DNA of 30,578 bases from a virus (taxonomy: Duplodnaviria; Caudoviricetes). Shown here in pieces: positions 1-7,891 of the stretch. The stretch's first letter is position 1, and every line of letters starts with the position of its first letter. The stretch spans positions 1 to 30,578 of IMG/VR virus record IMGVR_UViG_3300024335_000660. One strand, 5' to 3'. Position numbers and translations under genes: made by a program. The notes under the pieces are model-generated. The model was given only the letters and a program-made list of their open reading frames with translations. It searched no databases and had not been told where the DNA came from.

Positions 1-744
1 GCTAAAAGAGCTCAGACTACCAAAAAACAGAAACATCAACAAAAAACGCAAGATAACAATGTAATTAACGTGAACAATTATAAAAAGAGACAATCTCACG
101 TGCATATTATTCCAAAGAACTTGACACAAGAAGATTACTTGGAAATGCTAGACGATAGTAATAAATCTATCGTATTTGCAATGGGACCAGCAGGCACAGG
201 TAAAACTATGCTAGGCGTTCTCGCTGCTATACAAGCAATGAAAACCAATCAATGTGACAAAATTGTTATCACACGCCCCGCCGTTAGTGTTGATGAACAG
301 CATGGCTTCCTTCCAGGAACATTAGTAGAAAAGATGGCGCCATGGACTAGACCAATATTTGATGTTATGGAAGAATATTGGAGCCCACAAGAAATAGAGA
401 CTATGATTGCAGCAAATACTATTGAAATTGCGCCACTTGCTTATATGCGTGGACGTACTTTTAAAAATGCTTGGATTGTAGCAGATGAAATGCAAAATGC
501 AACACCATCACAAATGAAAATGTTACTAACCCGTATTGGAGATAATAGTAAGATTGTCGTAACTGGTGATTTGCATCAACACGACCGTGGTTTTGAAGAC
601 AACGGTTTAAAGGACTTCGTTCGAAAATTAGAACAGCGTGATAGTCCTATGATAGGCATAGTTCAGTTTGAACGCAAGGATGTTGAACGTCATCCAGTTG
701 TGTCAGCTGTATTAGGCATTTATGGAGACGACGATATAGATTAA
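1..744 (+). CDS. phoH: PhoH-family ATPase (5' end runs off the window)
   Basis: GPAGTGKT Walker A, ITRPAV, GFLPG, YMRGRTF, DEMQN, TGDLHQHD. The frame is open from base 1 (AKRAQTTKK...), so the true start is probably upstream of the window. Confidence 0.95.
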   Translation, partial: AKRAQTTKKQKHQQKTQDNNVINVNNYKKRQSHVHIIPKNLTQEDYLEMLDDSNKSIVFAMGPAGTGKTMLGVLAAIQAMKTNQCDKIVITRPAVSVDEQHGFLPGTLVEKMAPWTRPIFDVMEEYWSPQEIETMIAANTIEIAPLAYMRGRTFKNAWIVADEMQNATPSQMKMLLTRIGDNSKIVVTGDLHQHDRGFEDNGLKDFVRKLEQRDSPMIGIVQFERKDVERHPVVSAVLGIYGDDDID

Positions 745-752
745 AACCAAAG

Positions 753-775
753 ATTGTTGGCTCTAAGCCAACAAT
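753..775. terminator. Hairpin between convergent phoH and DUF465 genes
   Basis: ATTGTTGGCT-CTA-AGCCAACAAT, a perfect 10-bp inverted repeat; no strong U-tract. Confidence 0.6.
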
Positions 776-810
776 ACTGGTCCAGCTTGCCGCTCAACTT
801 AATCTAAATA

Positions 811-1041
811 CTAGTCTTCAGTTAACTGTGCCAACAGCTCCTGTTGTGATATGTAATCAAGTTCACTTTCCAACATAACAATTTTTTCCTTAATTCCTAA
901 CTTCTCAATCTTTAATTTTTTAATTGAGTTTTCATTAAGATGTGATTGTATCATGTCTGAAATTTTAGCATCAAGTATTTGATGTTTGCTTTTTAGACTT
1001 GTAAGATATCTCATCTTACTATTAATAGTTCCTGTTCCCAT
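811..1041 (-). CDS. DUF465/YdcH-family small coiled-coil protein
   Basis: H-x-x-LD-x-x-I...IKKLKIEKLGIKEKI pattern. Confidence 0.75.
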   Translation of the reverse strand: MGTGTINSKMRYLTSLKSKHQILDAKISDMIQSHLNENSIKKLKIEKLGIKEKIVMLESELDYISQQELLAQLTED

Positions 1042-1649
1042 TATTTTTCTCCTAAAATTAAATCAGTAATATCTGACCATGTATCAACTTTAATTAGTTG
1101 ATCGTTTACTCGGTCTTCATTATGTCCATGTTTAAGCAACAGACATTTTAGACCAAATTGCAATCCACACTCTGCATTTTCAAACTTATCCTCTAACCAG
1201 TATTCTGCATTAGGATATTTTTGTGTATAGTATGTTAGTGCATCATCTTTATCAGCACCAGTATCTAAACAAATAACTTCTTCTACTACATCTTCACCAA
1301 ATACATTTTTGATGTTATCGATACGCAGCAACCGAGCTTTTCTATCAAGACTTAGACTTGTAATTACTACAAACTTATATCCATTTTCAACTAACTTAGC
1401 CACACCACTACGTGAATCACGGAATGCGGTTAGATATCCCATCCATGCACTACTATTAAACTGTTTAATTATTGTGGTACATTCGTCTCTTGTGATACCA
1501 TATACTTGTGACATATCATATACATCTGCATCAGATTTTGTATAACCATTACTGGCCATCCATGCATCAAATGCTGTTACCCAATCAAGCATTACGCCAT
1601 CACAGTCTGTTAGTATTATTTTTTCATTTGTATTAATTTTCATTTTCAT
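1041..1649 (-). CDS. HAD-superfamily phosphatase / 5'-nucleotidase, T4 gp30.2-like
   Basis: ILTDCDGVMLDW (motif I), VITS (II), GADK (III), WLEDK..N (IV). Start re-assigned to ATG 1649 (or 1643), downstream of the promoter at 1680-1708. Confidence 0.85.
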   Translation of the reverse strand: MKMKINTNEKIILTDCDGVMLDWVTAFDAWMASNGYTKSDADVYDMSQVYGITRDECTTIIKQFNSSAWMGYLTAFRDSRSGVAKLVENGYKFVVITSLSLDRKARLLRIDNIKNVFGEDVVEEVICLDTGADKDDALTYYTQKYPNAEYWLEDKFENAECGLQFGLKCLLLKHGHNEDRVNDQLIKVDTWSDITDLILGEK

Positions 1650-1679
1650 CGTCTTTCTTACATATTTTATTATATCATC

Positions 1680-1708
1680 TTTATAGCACCATAATTGGGG
1701 CCTGTCAA
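1680..1708 (-). promoter_or_regulatory. sigma70-type (early) promoter
   Basis: TTGACA-N17-TATAAA with TGn extended -10. Confidence 0.8.
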
Positions 1709-1728
1709 CATAAATCAGAACATTTATT

Positions 1729-1761
1729 AAAAAAATACCCACAGTCCGGTAAGTCTGTGGG
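1729..1761 (-). terminator. Intrinsic terminator
   Basis: CCCACAG...CTGTGGG stem followed by TATTTTTTT on the minus strand. Confidence 0.7.
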
Positions 1762-1770
1762 CGTTTTATG

Positions 1771-1965
1771 CTATTCTGGTTTTGGTGGTGGTTTAGGTTT
1801 TGCTTTACGTCTACCCCACTGCCCGACTTGTAAATTTTCAGTACGGGCTCCTGGTTGACATACGGTAACAGTACCACCTTTGTCTAAATATTCACGAATT
1901 TGTTTGCTAAGTTGCTCTTTTGCAGCTGCTTCTTCATCTGTGATTACTTGTTTATTAATAGCCAT
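1771..1965 (-). CDS. Small conserved phage hypothetical protein
   Basis: IREYLDKGGTVTVC motif; AGGGA RBS; has its own promoter and terminator. Confidence 0.75.
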   Translation of the reverse strand: MAINKQVITDEEAAAKEQLSKQIREYLDKGGTVTVCQPGARTENLQVGQWGRRKAKPKPPPKPE

Positions 1966-1997
1966 AAAGTTTATTTCCCTAGTTGTTTAATAGTTAT

Positions 1998-2026
1998 ATT
2001 CTAACATTTTAAGATATAGTTGTCAA
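1998..2026 (-). promoter_or_regulatory. sigma70-type (early) promoter
   Basis: TTGACA-N17-TAGAAT with TGn. Confidence 0.8.
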
Positions 2027-2034
2027 GTATTATT

Positions 2035-2226
2035 TTAGTATTGATCGAATGGAACAACGACACCATTCTTCCATTTAACAAGAGCTTCCAGTGCTTCATC
2101 AACTGTGTCATATACTTTAACTTTTAAATCCCAACAGTTGTCACCATTATCTTCGGTCACATATATATGATCGTCAGCACTTAACTCTAATAATATTGCC
2201 CACTTGTGATCGCTTGCTGTGTTCAT
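2035..2226 (-). CDS. Hypothetical protein
   Basis: ATGA overlap with the upstream gene; 63 aa. Confidence 0.7.
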   Translation of the reverse strand: MNTASDHKWAILLELSADDHIYVTEDNGDNCWDLKVKVYDTVDEALEALVKWKNGVVVPFDQY

Positions 2227-2600
2227 CGACGCATACTTGCAATATCTTTGGCATCTTCTTTGCGATCAGCAAATATTGGTACCATATTTGATTTGTGCAT
2301 TGTAGCAATACCAAGTAGTTGTCGCTCACCACTATATGTATTTGCTTCACGGGCGGCGCCATGTCCTGCAACTGTATTACTAAGTTCGATCTTTGGTTTA
2401 TGTGCTTTGTAATCTGGGATTGAATTTAGAGCTTGGCGTTTCTTCTTCGCGGCGAGTTGCTCTGGATGTACACCTTGTTTACGCAAAAACTTATCGTGTT
2501 CTGCTTCAGCTTTGAGAAGCTTTGCAGTCTTCTTACGATTAGATTTTTTGCTGTTGTACTTTGTTGTGGTCATATGAGGACCTAATAAGTGCATTGTCAT
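2223..2600 (-). CDS. Conserved T4-like phage hypothetical protein
   Basis: GIATMHKSNMVPIF motif, basic N-terminus, AGGAG RBS. Confidence 0.75.
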   Translation of the reverse strand: MTMHLLGPHMTTTKYNSKKSNRKKTAKLLKAEAEHDKFLRKQGVHPEQLAAKKKRQALNSIPDYKAHKPKIELSNTVAGHGAAREANTYSGERQLLGIATMHKSNMVPIFADRKEDAKDIASMRR

Positions 2601-2635
2601 AAAAAAACTCCTGCTATAATTACTGTTATGTAAGT

Positions 2636-2664
2636 ATTGTAGCAGAAGCTAATTATAATGTCAA
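2636..2664 (-). promoter_or_regulatory. sigma70-type (early) promoter
   Basis: TTGACA-N17-TACAAT with TGn. Confidence 0.8.
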
Positions 2665-2676
2665 TAGTTATTTTAA

Positions 2677-2841
2677 CTATTCGGCTTTCCAAATAGTCCA
2701 TGCACCATATGCAATTGCTGCATAAGCTGCTAGTTTTGCAAACGGTCCTGCAATCAGTATAACTAATCCTACACCAATTAATACTGCACCGTCTAATGAT
2801 GTACGTTCTTCAATTCTTGATTTAATCCAATTTTTAATCAT
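2677..2841 (-). CDS. Small membrane protein, 54 aa (absent from the ORF track)
   Basis: MIKNWIKSRIEERTSLDGAVLIGVGLVILIAGPFAKLAAYAAIAYGAWTIWKAE; GGAGG RBS; overlaps the upstream stop. Confidence 0.8.
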   Translation of the reverse strand: MIKNWIKSRIEERTSLDGAVLIGVGLVILIAGPFAKLAAYAAIAYGAWTIWKAE

Positions 2842-3043
2842 TTTTGTCCTCCGGTTTTACATAGGGTGATTTGTCCATTGCAATCTTTAATGCAAGTGAT
2901 TGTATATCATCAATCAATATATCAATAGCTGCGTCACGTTCTGGAGTCTTAATAAATCCTCCGTACTTTGCACTATGCAATTGTTTTGATTTTTTATGCA
3001 TTGTTTCCACTACATGAATCATGTCACTTATTTTATGAAGCAT
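2834..3043 (-). CDS. Hypothetical protein
   Basis: AAGGGG RBS, directly downstream of a promoter. Confidence 0.7.
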   Translation of the reverse strand: MLHKISDMIHVVETMHKKSKQLHSAKYGGFIKTPERDAAIDILIDDIQSLALKIAMDKSPYVKPEDKND

Positions 3044-3078
3044 ATGTTATCCCTTTATCTTATCTTATTTTACGTTAT

Positions 3079-3107
3079 ATTATATAATATATATTTTAAA
3101 ATGTCAA
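3079..3107 (-). promoter_or_regulatory. sigma70-type (early) promoter, perfect consensus
   Basis: TTGACA-N17-TATAAT. Confidence 0.85.
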
Positions 3108-3113
3108 CTTATA

Positions 3114-3650
3114 TCAAAGACTTTTTAACACATTTTCAGGAGACGTTTCTCCATACGGATCAGTATCACTACCATCGTTATTAATACCTGGCTCTTCAAA
3201 CCAATGCGTAATTACACCATTGTCTATAACTGCTGCATATCTCCAACTACGTTTACCAAATCCAAGATGCGTTTTATCAATAAGCATATCCATGCCTGAT
3301 GTAAATTCTCCGTTACCATCAGGGATAACTTTTACATTTTGCAAACCTTCTGAACGAACCATTTGCGCCCATTTATTCATTACAAAACTATCGTTTACAC
3401 TAATACAATAGATATCATCAATACCTTTATCGTAAAATGCTTGTGCATCATTTTCAAATCCAGGTAGTTGATATGTACTACACGTTGGTGTAAATGCACC
3501 TGGTAGTGAAAACACTACTACTCGTTTATCATTAAAATAATCATCTGTGTTCATGTCTTGCCAACGAAATGGATTATCGCCACCAATATTTTCATCACGA
3601 ACTCTTGTTTTAAAAGTAACCGTTGGTACGGTTGTTCCTACTTTATTCAT
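3114..3650 (-). CDS. Peroxiredoxin (Prx5/type II)
   Basis: LPGAFTPTCS peroxidatic motif, SVNDSFVM, DGNGEFT, RSWRYA. Confidence 0.95.
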   Translation of the reverse strand: MNKVGTTVPTVTFKTRVRDENIGGDNPFRWQDMNTDDYFNDKRVVVFSLPGAFTPTCSTYQLPGFENDAQAFYDKGIDDIYCISVNDSFVMNKWAQMVRSEGLQNVKVIPDGNGEFTSGMDMLIDKTHLGFGKRSWRYAAVIDNGVITHWFEEPGINNDGSDTDPYGETSPENVLKSL

Positions 3651-3669
3651 CTAGTTTTCCTTTAATTTA

Positions 3670-3753
3670 TGGTACCCGTGATCGGACTCGAACCGATACG
3701 CTGTGAAGCGAGAGATTTTAAGTCTCTTGTGTCTACCATTCCACCACACGGGC
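3670..3753 (-). tRNA. tRNA-Leu (anticodon TAA)
   Basis: GCCCGTG acceptor arm, AGAGA-CT-TAA-AA-TCTCT anticodon arm, long variable arm, GGTTCGAGTCC T-arm, encoded CCA. Confidence 0.95.
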
Positions 3754-3770
3754 ACTCTATTCTATAATTC

Positions 3771-3940
3771 TCGTGTATGTGAGGGGAGTTCTCAACACAG
3801 GGTAATTCCTGCTCCGCCCATCCTCACTAACGACAAACACATGCCGGCATACTTGCATCGAGCCTTTTGTTGTGACTGCAACATCACTTCTCGTCATATG
3901 GGATTTGCTGACCCATACTAGTTGGTGCTACCCAACACGT
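3771..3940 (-). ncRNA. Putative structured non-coding RNA of unknown family
   Basis: Intergenic, about 49% GC by hand count, with consecutive hairpins at 3921-3936, 3897-3917, 3868-3883, 3831-3860 and 3779-3827. Confidence 0.5.
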
Positions 3941-3944
3941 CTCT

Positions 3945-4232
3945 TTATTCTTGCTCTTTTGTTGGCAAGCATCCAAATACTACAGTTACTATTGTACCAA
4001 CGACTGGTATAATTAATCCTACTATCCACCAAAGACTGTTTCCAGTATCGCGAATTCGGCGTGCGGTAGTTGCTAGTGCATACCAAAGTACTGTGACCAT
4101 TACTATTAGTGAAAGCCATGGCATGGTTGCCAGTAATGCTTCTCCAATAATATATCCAAGGGTACCAATAATAATCATTGCCCAATATTGTGAACGGTTT
4201 GCAGTGCCGTCAAAGTTAAAATATTCTTTCAT
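3945..4232 (-). CDS. DUF805-family membrane protein
   Basis: FNFDGTANRSQYW, RRIRDTGNSLWW, three hydrophobic segments. Confidence 0.9.
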   Translation of the reverse strand: MKEYFNFDGTANRSQYWAMIIIGTLGYIIGEALLATMPWLSLIVMVTVLWYALATTARRIRDTGNSLWWIVGLIIPVVGTIVTVVFGCLPTKEQE

Positions 4233-5443
4233 GTTTTCTTTATCTCCGTATCTTTAAAGTTTTCTTTTCCATTGCCTCTGAAGTCTAATTCTTTCCCGCA
4301 TGTCTTTCCACAAATCCAAAGACGATTATCTGAGTTTGTTTCCCAACTTGCTACTAAGTCATTTGCAAAATATGGAGTTTTAAGTATGTCAAATAGCGAA
4401 TGCTTTGACAAATCATTAAAATCTTCACCGTAACGATCCCACATATTCTTATTGTCTTCGATACGTCTTGGTGTTGCCATATCATGTCCTATTTTACTAT
4501 AGTACCATCCCTGCCAACAGCAAGGCCATACTTTGCCCTGATAATCGATAAAAATACTCTTATCTCTTTTAGTCTGACATGATATTTCTGTAACCTTCAC
4601 ATAATTATCAAAGCCTTTATGTTTTTTAATTACATCATCTATTTTATTAGTAGTATTAGATTTTATTTTTGTAGGTTCTGCTAATATAGTTGCAAGTGCT
4701 TTTTCTTTTTGTTCTGCGGTCTTTCTTTTGTTTTTTGCTACATGTTGTTTAGCAACAAATGTTAATTCTTTTTTAGTTTCAATCGCTTCAACTTCTTCTC
4801 CCTCATAATTTGTAGGGATAACAAATCTATTTGATTTCTTATATCTAAATTTGACAAAGCCCATGTCTTTTGCTAGTTGTCTCGCTTCATCTATCTGATG
4901 TTCATTGTGCGCAAATCCAATAAAGTACCAGTTTGCAATGCCACCATTAGCAATGAATGCTTTTGCATTACGCATAATAATATTCCACTTAGAATTCACA
5001 CGATACAAATGATTAGTGTCTTCTAATCCATCAATAGCAAAGATAACTCTGTCTGACTTTTGCATAATAGATGCAAGTTCAGCCCACCATTCTTCTGTTT
5101 GTGCAGACCCATTTGTACTTAACGTAACTTCTGGTACTCCAATATCTTTGCACATCTTTACTACTTCTAGTAAATGAGGATACATTATTGGATCGCCGCA
5201 ATTCCCATTAATGAATACATGTTCTGGAAGAAACGGTTTCATGTCTTCTAATGCTTGTTGTATTACTCTAGGATCAGTATCAGTTAAGTCTAAATCATCA
5301 CGTTTCTTTAGCTTTACATTATCCCCATCCATGCCAGTTGTTCTAACGCACATCGGACATAACAGGTTACACCTAGAAGTAAGTTCTAATTGCATTACAC
5401 CTACATCAAATTTGATGTACTCTAAGTTCTCTGACTGCGCCAT
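4229..5443 (-). CDS. Radical SAM protein with C-terminal twitch/SPASM-like cysteines
   Basis: CNLLCPMC (CxxxCxxC), GNCGDP, STNGS, VWPCC, CGKTC. Confidence 0.9.
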   Translation of the reverse strand: MAQSENLEYIKFDVGVMQLELTSRCNLLCPMCVRTTGMDGDNVKLKKRDDLDLTDTDPRVIQQALEDMKPFLPEHVFINGNCGDPIMYPHLLEVVKMCKDIGVPEVTLSTNGSAQTEEWWAELASIMQKSDRVIFAIDGLEDTNHLYRVNSKWNIIMRNAKAFIANGGIANWYFIGFAHNEHQIDEARQLAKDMGFVKFRYKKSNRFVIPTNYEGEEVEAIETKKELTFVAKQHVAKNKRKTAEQKEKALATILAEPTKIKSNTTNKIDDVIKKHKGFDNYVKVTEISCQTKRDKSIFIDYQGKVWPCCWQGWYYSKIGHDMATPRRIEDNKNMWDRYGEDFNDLSKHSLFDILKTPYFANDLVASWETNSDNRLWICGKTCGKELDFRGNGKENFKDTEIKKT

Positions 5444-5470
5444 TTTAAAAATACTTCTTTAGGTAACTTG

Positions 5471-5611
5471 CTATATGCATGTTTTATTTCTATCATTGTA
5501 TTTTATCATAATGGTCCATTCTGGATGTTTGTTAACAAGTTCATTTGCTTCTAACAAACTATTAGCAGTATATTTAATACTTCCAGTCTTAAGATTCATT
5601 ATGTAAAACAT
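5471..5611 (-). CDS. Small hypothetical protein, 46 aa (absent from the ORF track)
   Basis: MFYIMNLKTGSIKY...; TAATG stop/start overlap with the upstream gene. Confidence 0.55.
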   Translation of the reverse strand: MFYIMNLKTGSIKYTANSLLEANELVNKHPEWTIMIKYNDRNKTCI

Positions 5612-5730
5612 TATTTGTTTAGCATCCTTGTACATGTAAAAAAGCTATTCTCATTTAAACAGTCTTTCCATTGATGAAAGCCTATTGCTAGTAAAAGACC
5701 AACAACAACTGCAAGAAATACCTTATTCAT
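5611..5730 (-). CDS. Small membrane-anchored protein, 39 aa
   Basis: Start re-assigned to MNKVFLAVVVGLLLAIGF; overlaps the upstream stop. Confidence 0.6.
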   Translation of the reverse strand: MNKVFLAVVVGLLLAIGFHQWKDCLNENSFFTCTRMLNK

Positions 5731-6157
5731 GCTCGCCGCCGTTTGCACGACCGCCATAGTTACCAAATACTTGCGGCTTACGCTTCGCGGTTTCAAATGT
5801 TGCTACTGTTACTGCAATTGCAGCAAGTAACAACGCATGTATTACCATACTAATTACGCCTGCCCACATGCTACTTACAATAATAGCAAACACAATACAC
5901 CACATCCACGCAAGTACTTGCATGATCATATGTCGTGTGCTGAAGTCTGGAATGTTACTGAGTGGATTCTTTTCATGATCCATTACTACATTCCAACAAT
6001 TATATACCCATTCTCTCATTGATATTACCTTTCTAAATATTATCTTTGTAGGATAGTGTGCATCTGCATCATCACGAAATTCAATTGCATCGTTTACGTC
6101 ATGGAACTCTTGAGATATTTTTGTATCCTTAAACCATGCTGTTACTCTATACATCAC
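5723..6157 (-). CDS. Membrane protein of a marine alphaproteobacterial/phage family; possible second start at 6019
   Basis: NPLSNIPDFSTRHMIMQVLAWMWCIVF followed by two TM segments; GAAAGG precedes the internal ATG at 6019. Confidence 0.7.
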   Translation of the reverse strand: MMYRVTAWFKDTKISQEFHDVNDAIEFRDDADAHYPTKIIFRKVISMREWVYNCWNVVMDHEKNPLSNIPDFSTRHMIMQVLAWMWCIVFAIIVSSMWAGVISMVIHALLLAAIAVTVATFETAKRKPQVFGNYGGRANGGEHE

Positions 6158-6172
6158 TAAACTTTCTTTTTT

Positions 6173-6249
6173 TGGCGACCCCTATAGGATTCGAACCTAT
6201 GACCTGCTGCTTAGAAGGCAGCTGCTCTATCCAGCTGAGCTAAGGAGTC
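6173..6249 (-). tRNA. tRNA-Arg (anticodon TCT)
   Basis: GACTCCT acceptor arm, TAGCTCAGCTGGATAGAGC D-arm, GCTGC-CT-TCT-AA-GCAGC anticodon arm, GGTTCGAATCC T-arm, encoded CCA. Confidence 0.95.
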
Positions 6250-6257
6250 AGTTAGTT

Positions 6258-6470
6258 CTATCCAATTACGCTATCCAATTGGTCTATTTCATTCTGTAAA
6301 CTTTTAATACGATCTTCCATCCAGCTAATAGCTGTATAGATATGACCAGTAGCACTAGGCTGTATTTTAGATTTTGCATGAGCTATTTCTGCTTCAAGCA
6401 CACTTATAGTATTCAGATGATCCATTACAGTAATGTCAATGAATGCATCAATATCATCTTTACCTATCAT
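6258..6470 (-). CDS. Hypothetical protein
   Basis: AAGGA RBS; PSATGHIYTAISW motif; directly downstream of a promoter. Confidence 0.7.
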   Translation of the reverse strand: MIGKDDIDAFIDITVMDHLNTISVLEAEIAHAKSKIQPSATGHIYTAISWMEDRIKSLQNEIDQLDSVIG

Positions 6471-6495
6471 AACTTATCCTTTTATTACATGATAT

Positions 6496-6524
6496 ATTGT
6501 ACAACAATATATTAAGTATGTCAA
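6496..6524 (-). promoter_or_regulatory. sigma70-type (early) promoter
   Basis: TTGACA-N17-TACAAT. Confidence 0.8.
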
Positions 6525-6527
6525 GTA

Positions 6528-6740
6528 TTAATTTGAAAAGACTTTGTTTGCTTCAGCCATTGCAGATGATTTTGAATGATCTGATGAGTTGTTGTATCTA
6601 CGGGTTTGAGATACAGTTTCAATATCTTCTAACACTTCAATTTTCTCAATAACTTTATTTAAAGCTCGTAATCCTTCTTGAGATTTTTCATTAGCGATTT
6701 GCTTTTTAATAATTTCTACAACTTGTCTGCTCGTGATCAT
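6528..6740 (-). CDS. Hypothetical protein (start MITSRQ)
   Basis: AAGGA RBS before ATG 6740; the track's TTG start at 6800 is the -35 hexamer. Confidence 0.7.
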   Translation of the reverse strand: MITSRQVVEIIKKQIANEKSQEGLRALNKVIEKIEVLEDIETVSQTRRYNNSSDHSKSSAMAEANKVFSN

Positions 6741-6771
6741 TTTTCTACATCCTTTGTTATCTAGTTTAATG

Positions 6772-6800
6772 AATATAACACTTATCAAAGTGTTTGTCAA
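6772..6800 (-). promoter_or_regulatory. sigma70-type (early) promoter
   Basis: TTGACA-N17-TATATT with TGn; an ATAAATA late-type box lies just upstream at 6823-6829. Confidence 0.75.
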
Positions 6801-6866
6801 TGCTTTTAGTTACTATTATCTATATTTATCTTCATTGCATTAACTACTATGATAACAATTATTCAT

Positions 6867-6896
6867 AAAAAAAGGAGAAGACAAAAGTCCTCTCCT
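6867..6896 (-). terminator. Intrinsic terminator of the porin gene
   Basis: AGGAGAGGAC-TTTT-GTCTTCTCCT followed by a T-run. Confidence 0.85.
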
Positions 6897-6935
6897 AAAG
6901 TTGTCTAGTTTTATCTAGATGTTTTATTTATTCTC

Positions 6936-7685
6936 TTAGAATGAGAAACTTAAACCAACTGCTGGTGTTGTTTCTTCTGTGTCTACATTGTAGCCTACTT
7001 CTGCATATACTTCTGCACCATTCAATACTGTTACATAACCAGCACCGACATTTTGTAGTGTATTGTTTTCATCACCATTCAAGAATGTGTTTACGCCCAT
7101 CATACTATAACCTAATTCGTATGCAAAATCATCTGCATATGTTACTGCTAAGTCAATGTCTGATACTGTTGCTGCAACACCGTATGTAAGGTCTGATGAT
7201 GCTTCGTTGTAATCTACTACTACGCCTACATTTGCAATACCTGCATCTACTACAGTTGCTAATTGTACATTTGTTACATCTGTGATATCAGTTGTTACAT
7301 CTGTCATGCCAACCATTACTGCTATACCACCAAATGATAGTTGTACGTTTTCGTTTGACTCTGCTGGGTTAGCTAGTGTTGTACCGCCAACTACTTCAAG
7401 GCCTGCACCTAAGTCAAAAATATCTTCTTGGTCACCAAATGATACACCTAATGCACCTAATTGTGTTCCTACTGAGTAACGATCAAGTATAATGTCGCCA
7501 CCTACTTCTTTTAAGTCAACTGACACATCGCCAGCTTCACTACCAAAACCTAATTTGATTGTTGGTGCCATTACAAATTTGTCAGATGCATTTTCTGTTA
7601 CATCTAAATCTACTGAGCCAGTTACATCGGCCATTGCTACGTTCGCACATAATAGTGCTGTTGCGGTTGTTAAAAACTTACGCAT
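6936..7685 (-). CDS. Outer-membrane porin-like beta-barrel (Rhodobacterales type)
   Basis: Signal peptide ending AMA|D, acidic Gly/Val-rich alternating strands, C-terminal VGLSFSF beta-signal. Confidence 0.8.
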   Translation of the reverse strand: MRKFLTTATALLCANVAMADVTGSVDLDVTENASDKFVMAPTIKLGFGSEAGDVSVDLKEVGGDIILDRYSVGTQLGALGVSFGDQEDIFDLGAGLEVVGGTTLANPAESNENVQLSFGGIAVMVGMTDVTTDITDVTNVQLATVVDAGIANVGVVVDYNEASSDLTYGVAATVSDIDLAVTYADDFAYELGYSMMGVNTFLNGDENNTLQNVGAGYVTVLNGAEVYAEVGYNVDTEETTPAVGLSFSF

Positions 7686-7858
7686 ATTTTATTTCCTTTT
7701 TATATATTTGAATTGAGTGGGGTTACTTACTAACTAGCCACTCGATTACTTATCACAAAAACACACAATTTACTATAAATCTTAAGAAGTTCTCTTCTGT
7801 TTATATCATTATGTTGTACATATGCAACATAGTGATTCTGTGCCTTATTAATATCCAC

Positions 7859-7887
7859 ATTTTAACACAACTATATGCATATGTCAA
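7859..7887 (-). promoter_or_regulatory. sigma70-type promoter upstream of the porin gene
   Basis: TTGACA-N17-TAAAAT with TGn. Confidence 0.8.
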
Positions 7888-7891
7888 GTAA

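Noticed and set aside
1650-1877. N-terminal extension of the HAD ORF in the track (278 aa)
   Set aside because: It spans a terminator, a promoter and another gene; HAD motif I begins just after ATG 1649.
3758-3898. 46-aa minus-strand ORF MTRSDVAV... inside the GC-rich element
   Set aside because: No clear RBS, its start is buried in a hairpin and its GC is unlike neighbouring genes. An RNA reading is preferred, but the ORF is not formally excluded.
3771-3940. Assignment to tmRNA, SRP RNA, RNase P, hammerhead or a tRNA-linked HDV-like (theta) ribozyme
   Set aside because: Diagnostic cores were not found by eye, and the element lies 5' rather than 3' of the tRNA.
3928-4185. 85-aa minus-strand ORF overlapping DUF805
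   Set aside because: It is an alternative frame inside a clear DUF805 gene and its composition is not protein-like.
6741-6800. TTG start for the 6528-6800 ORF
   Set aside because: The TTG is the -35 hexamer TTGACA; an RBS precedes ATG 6740.
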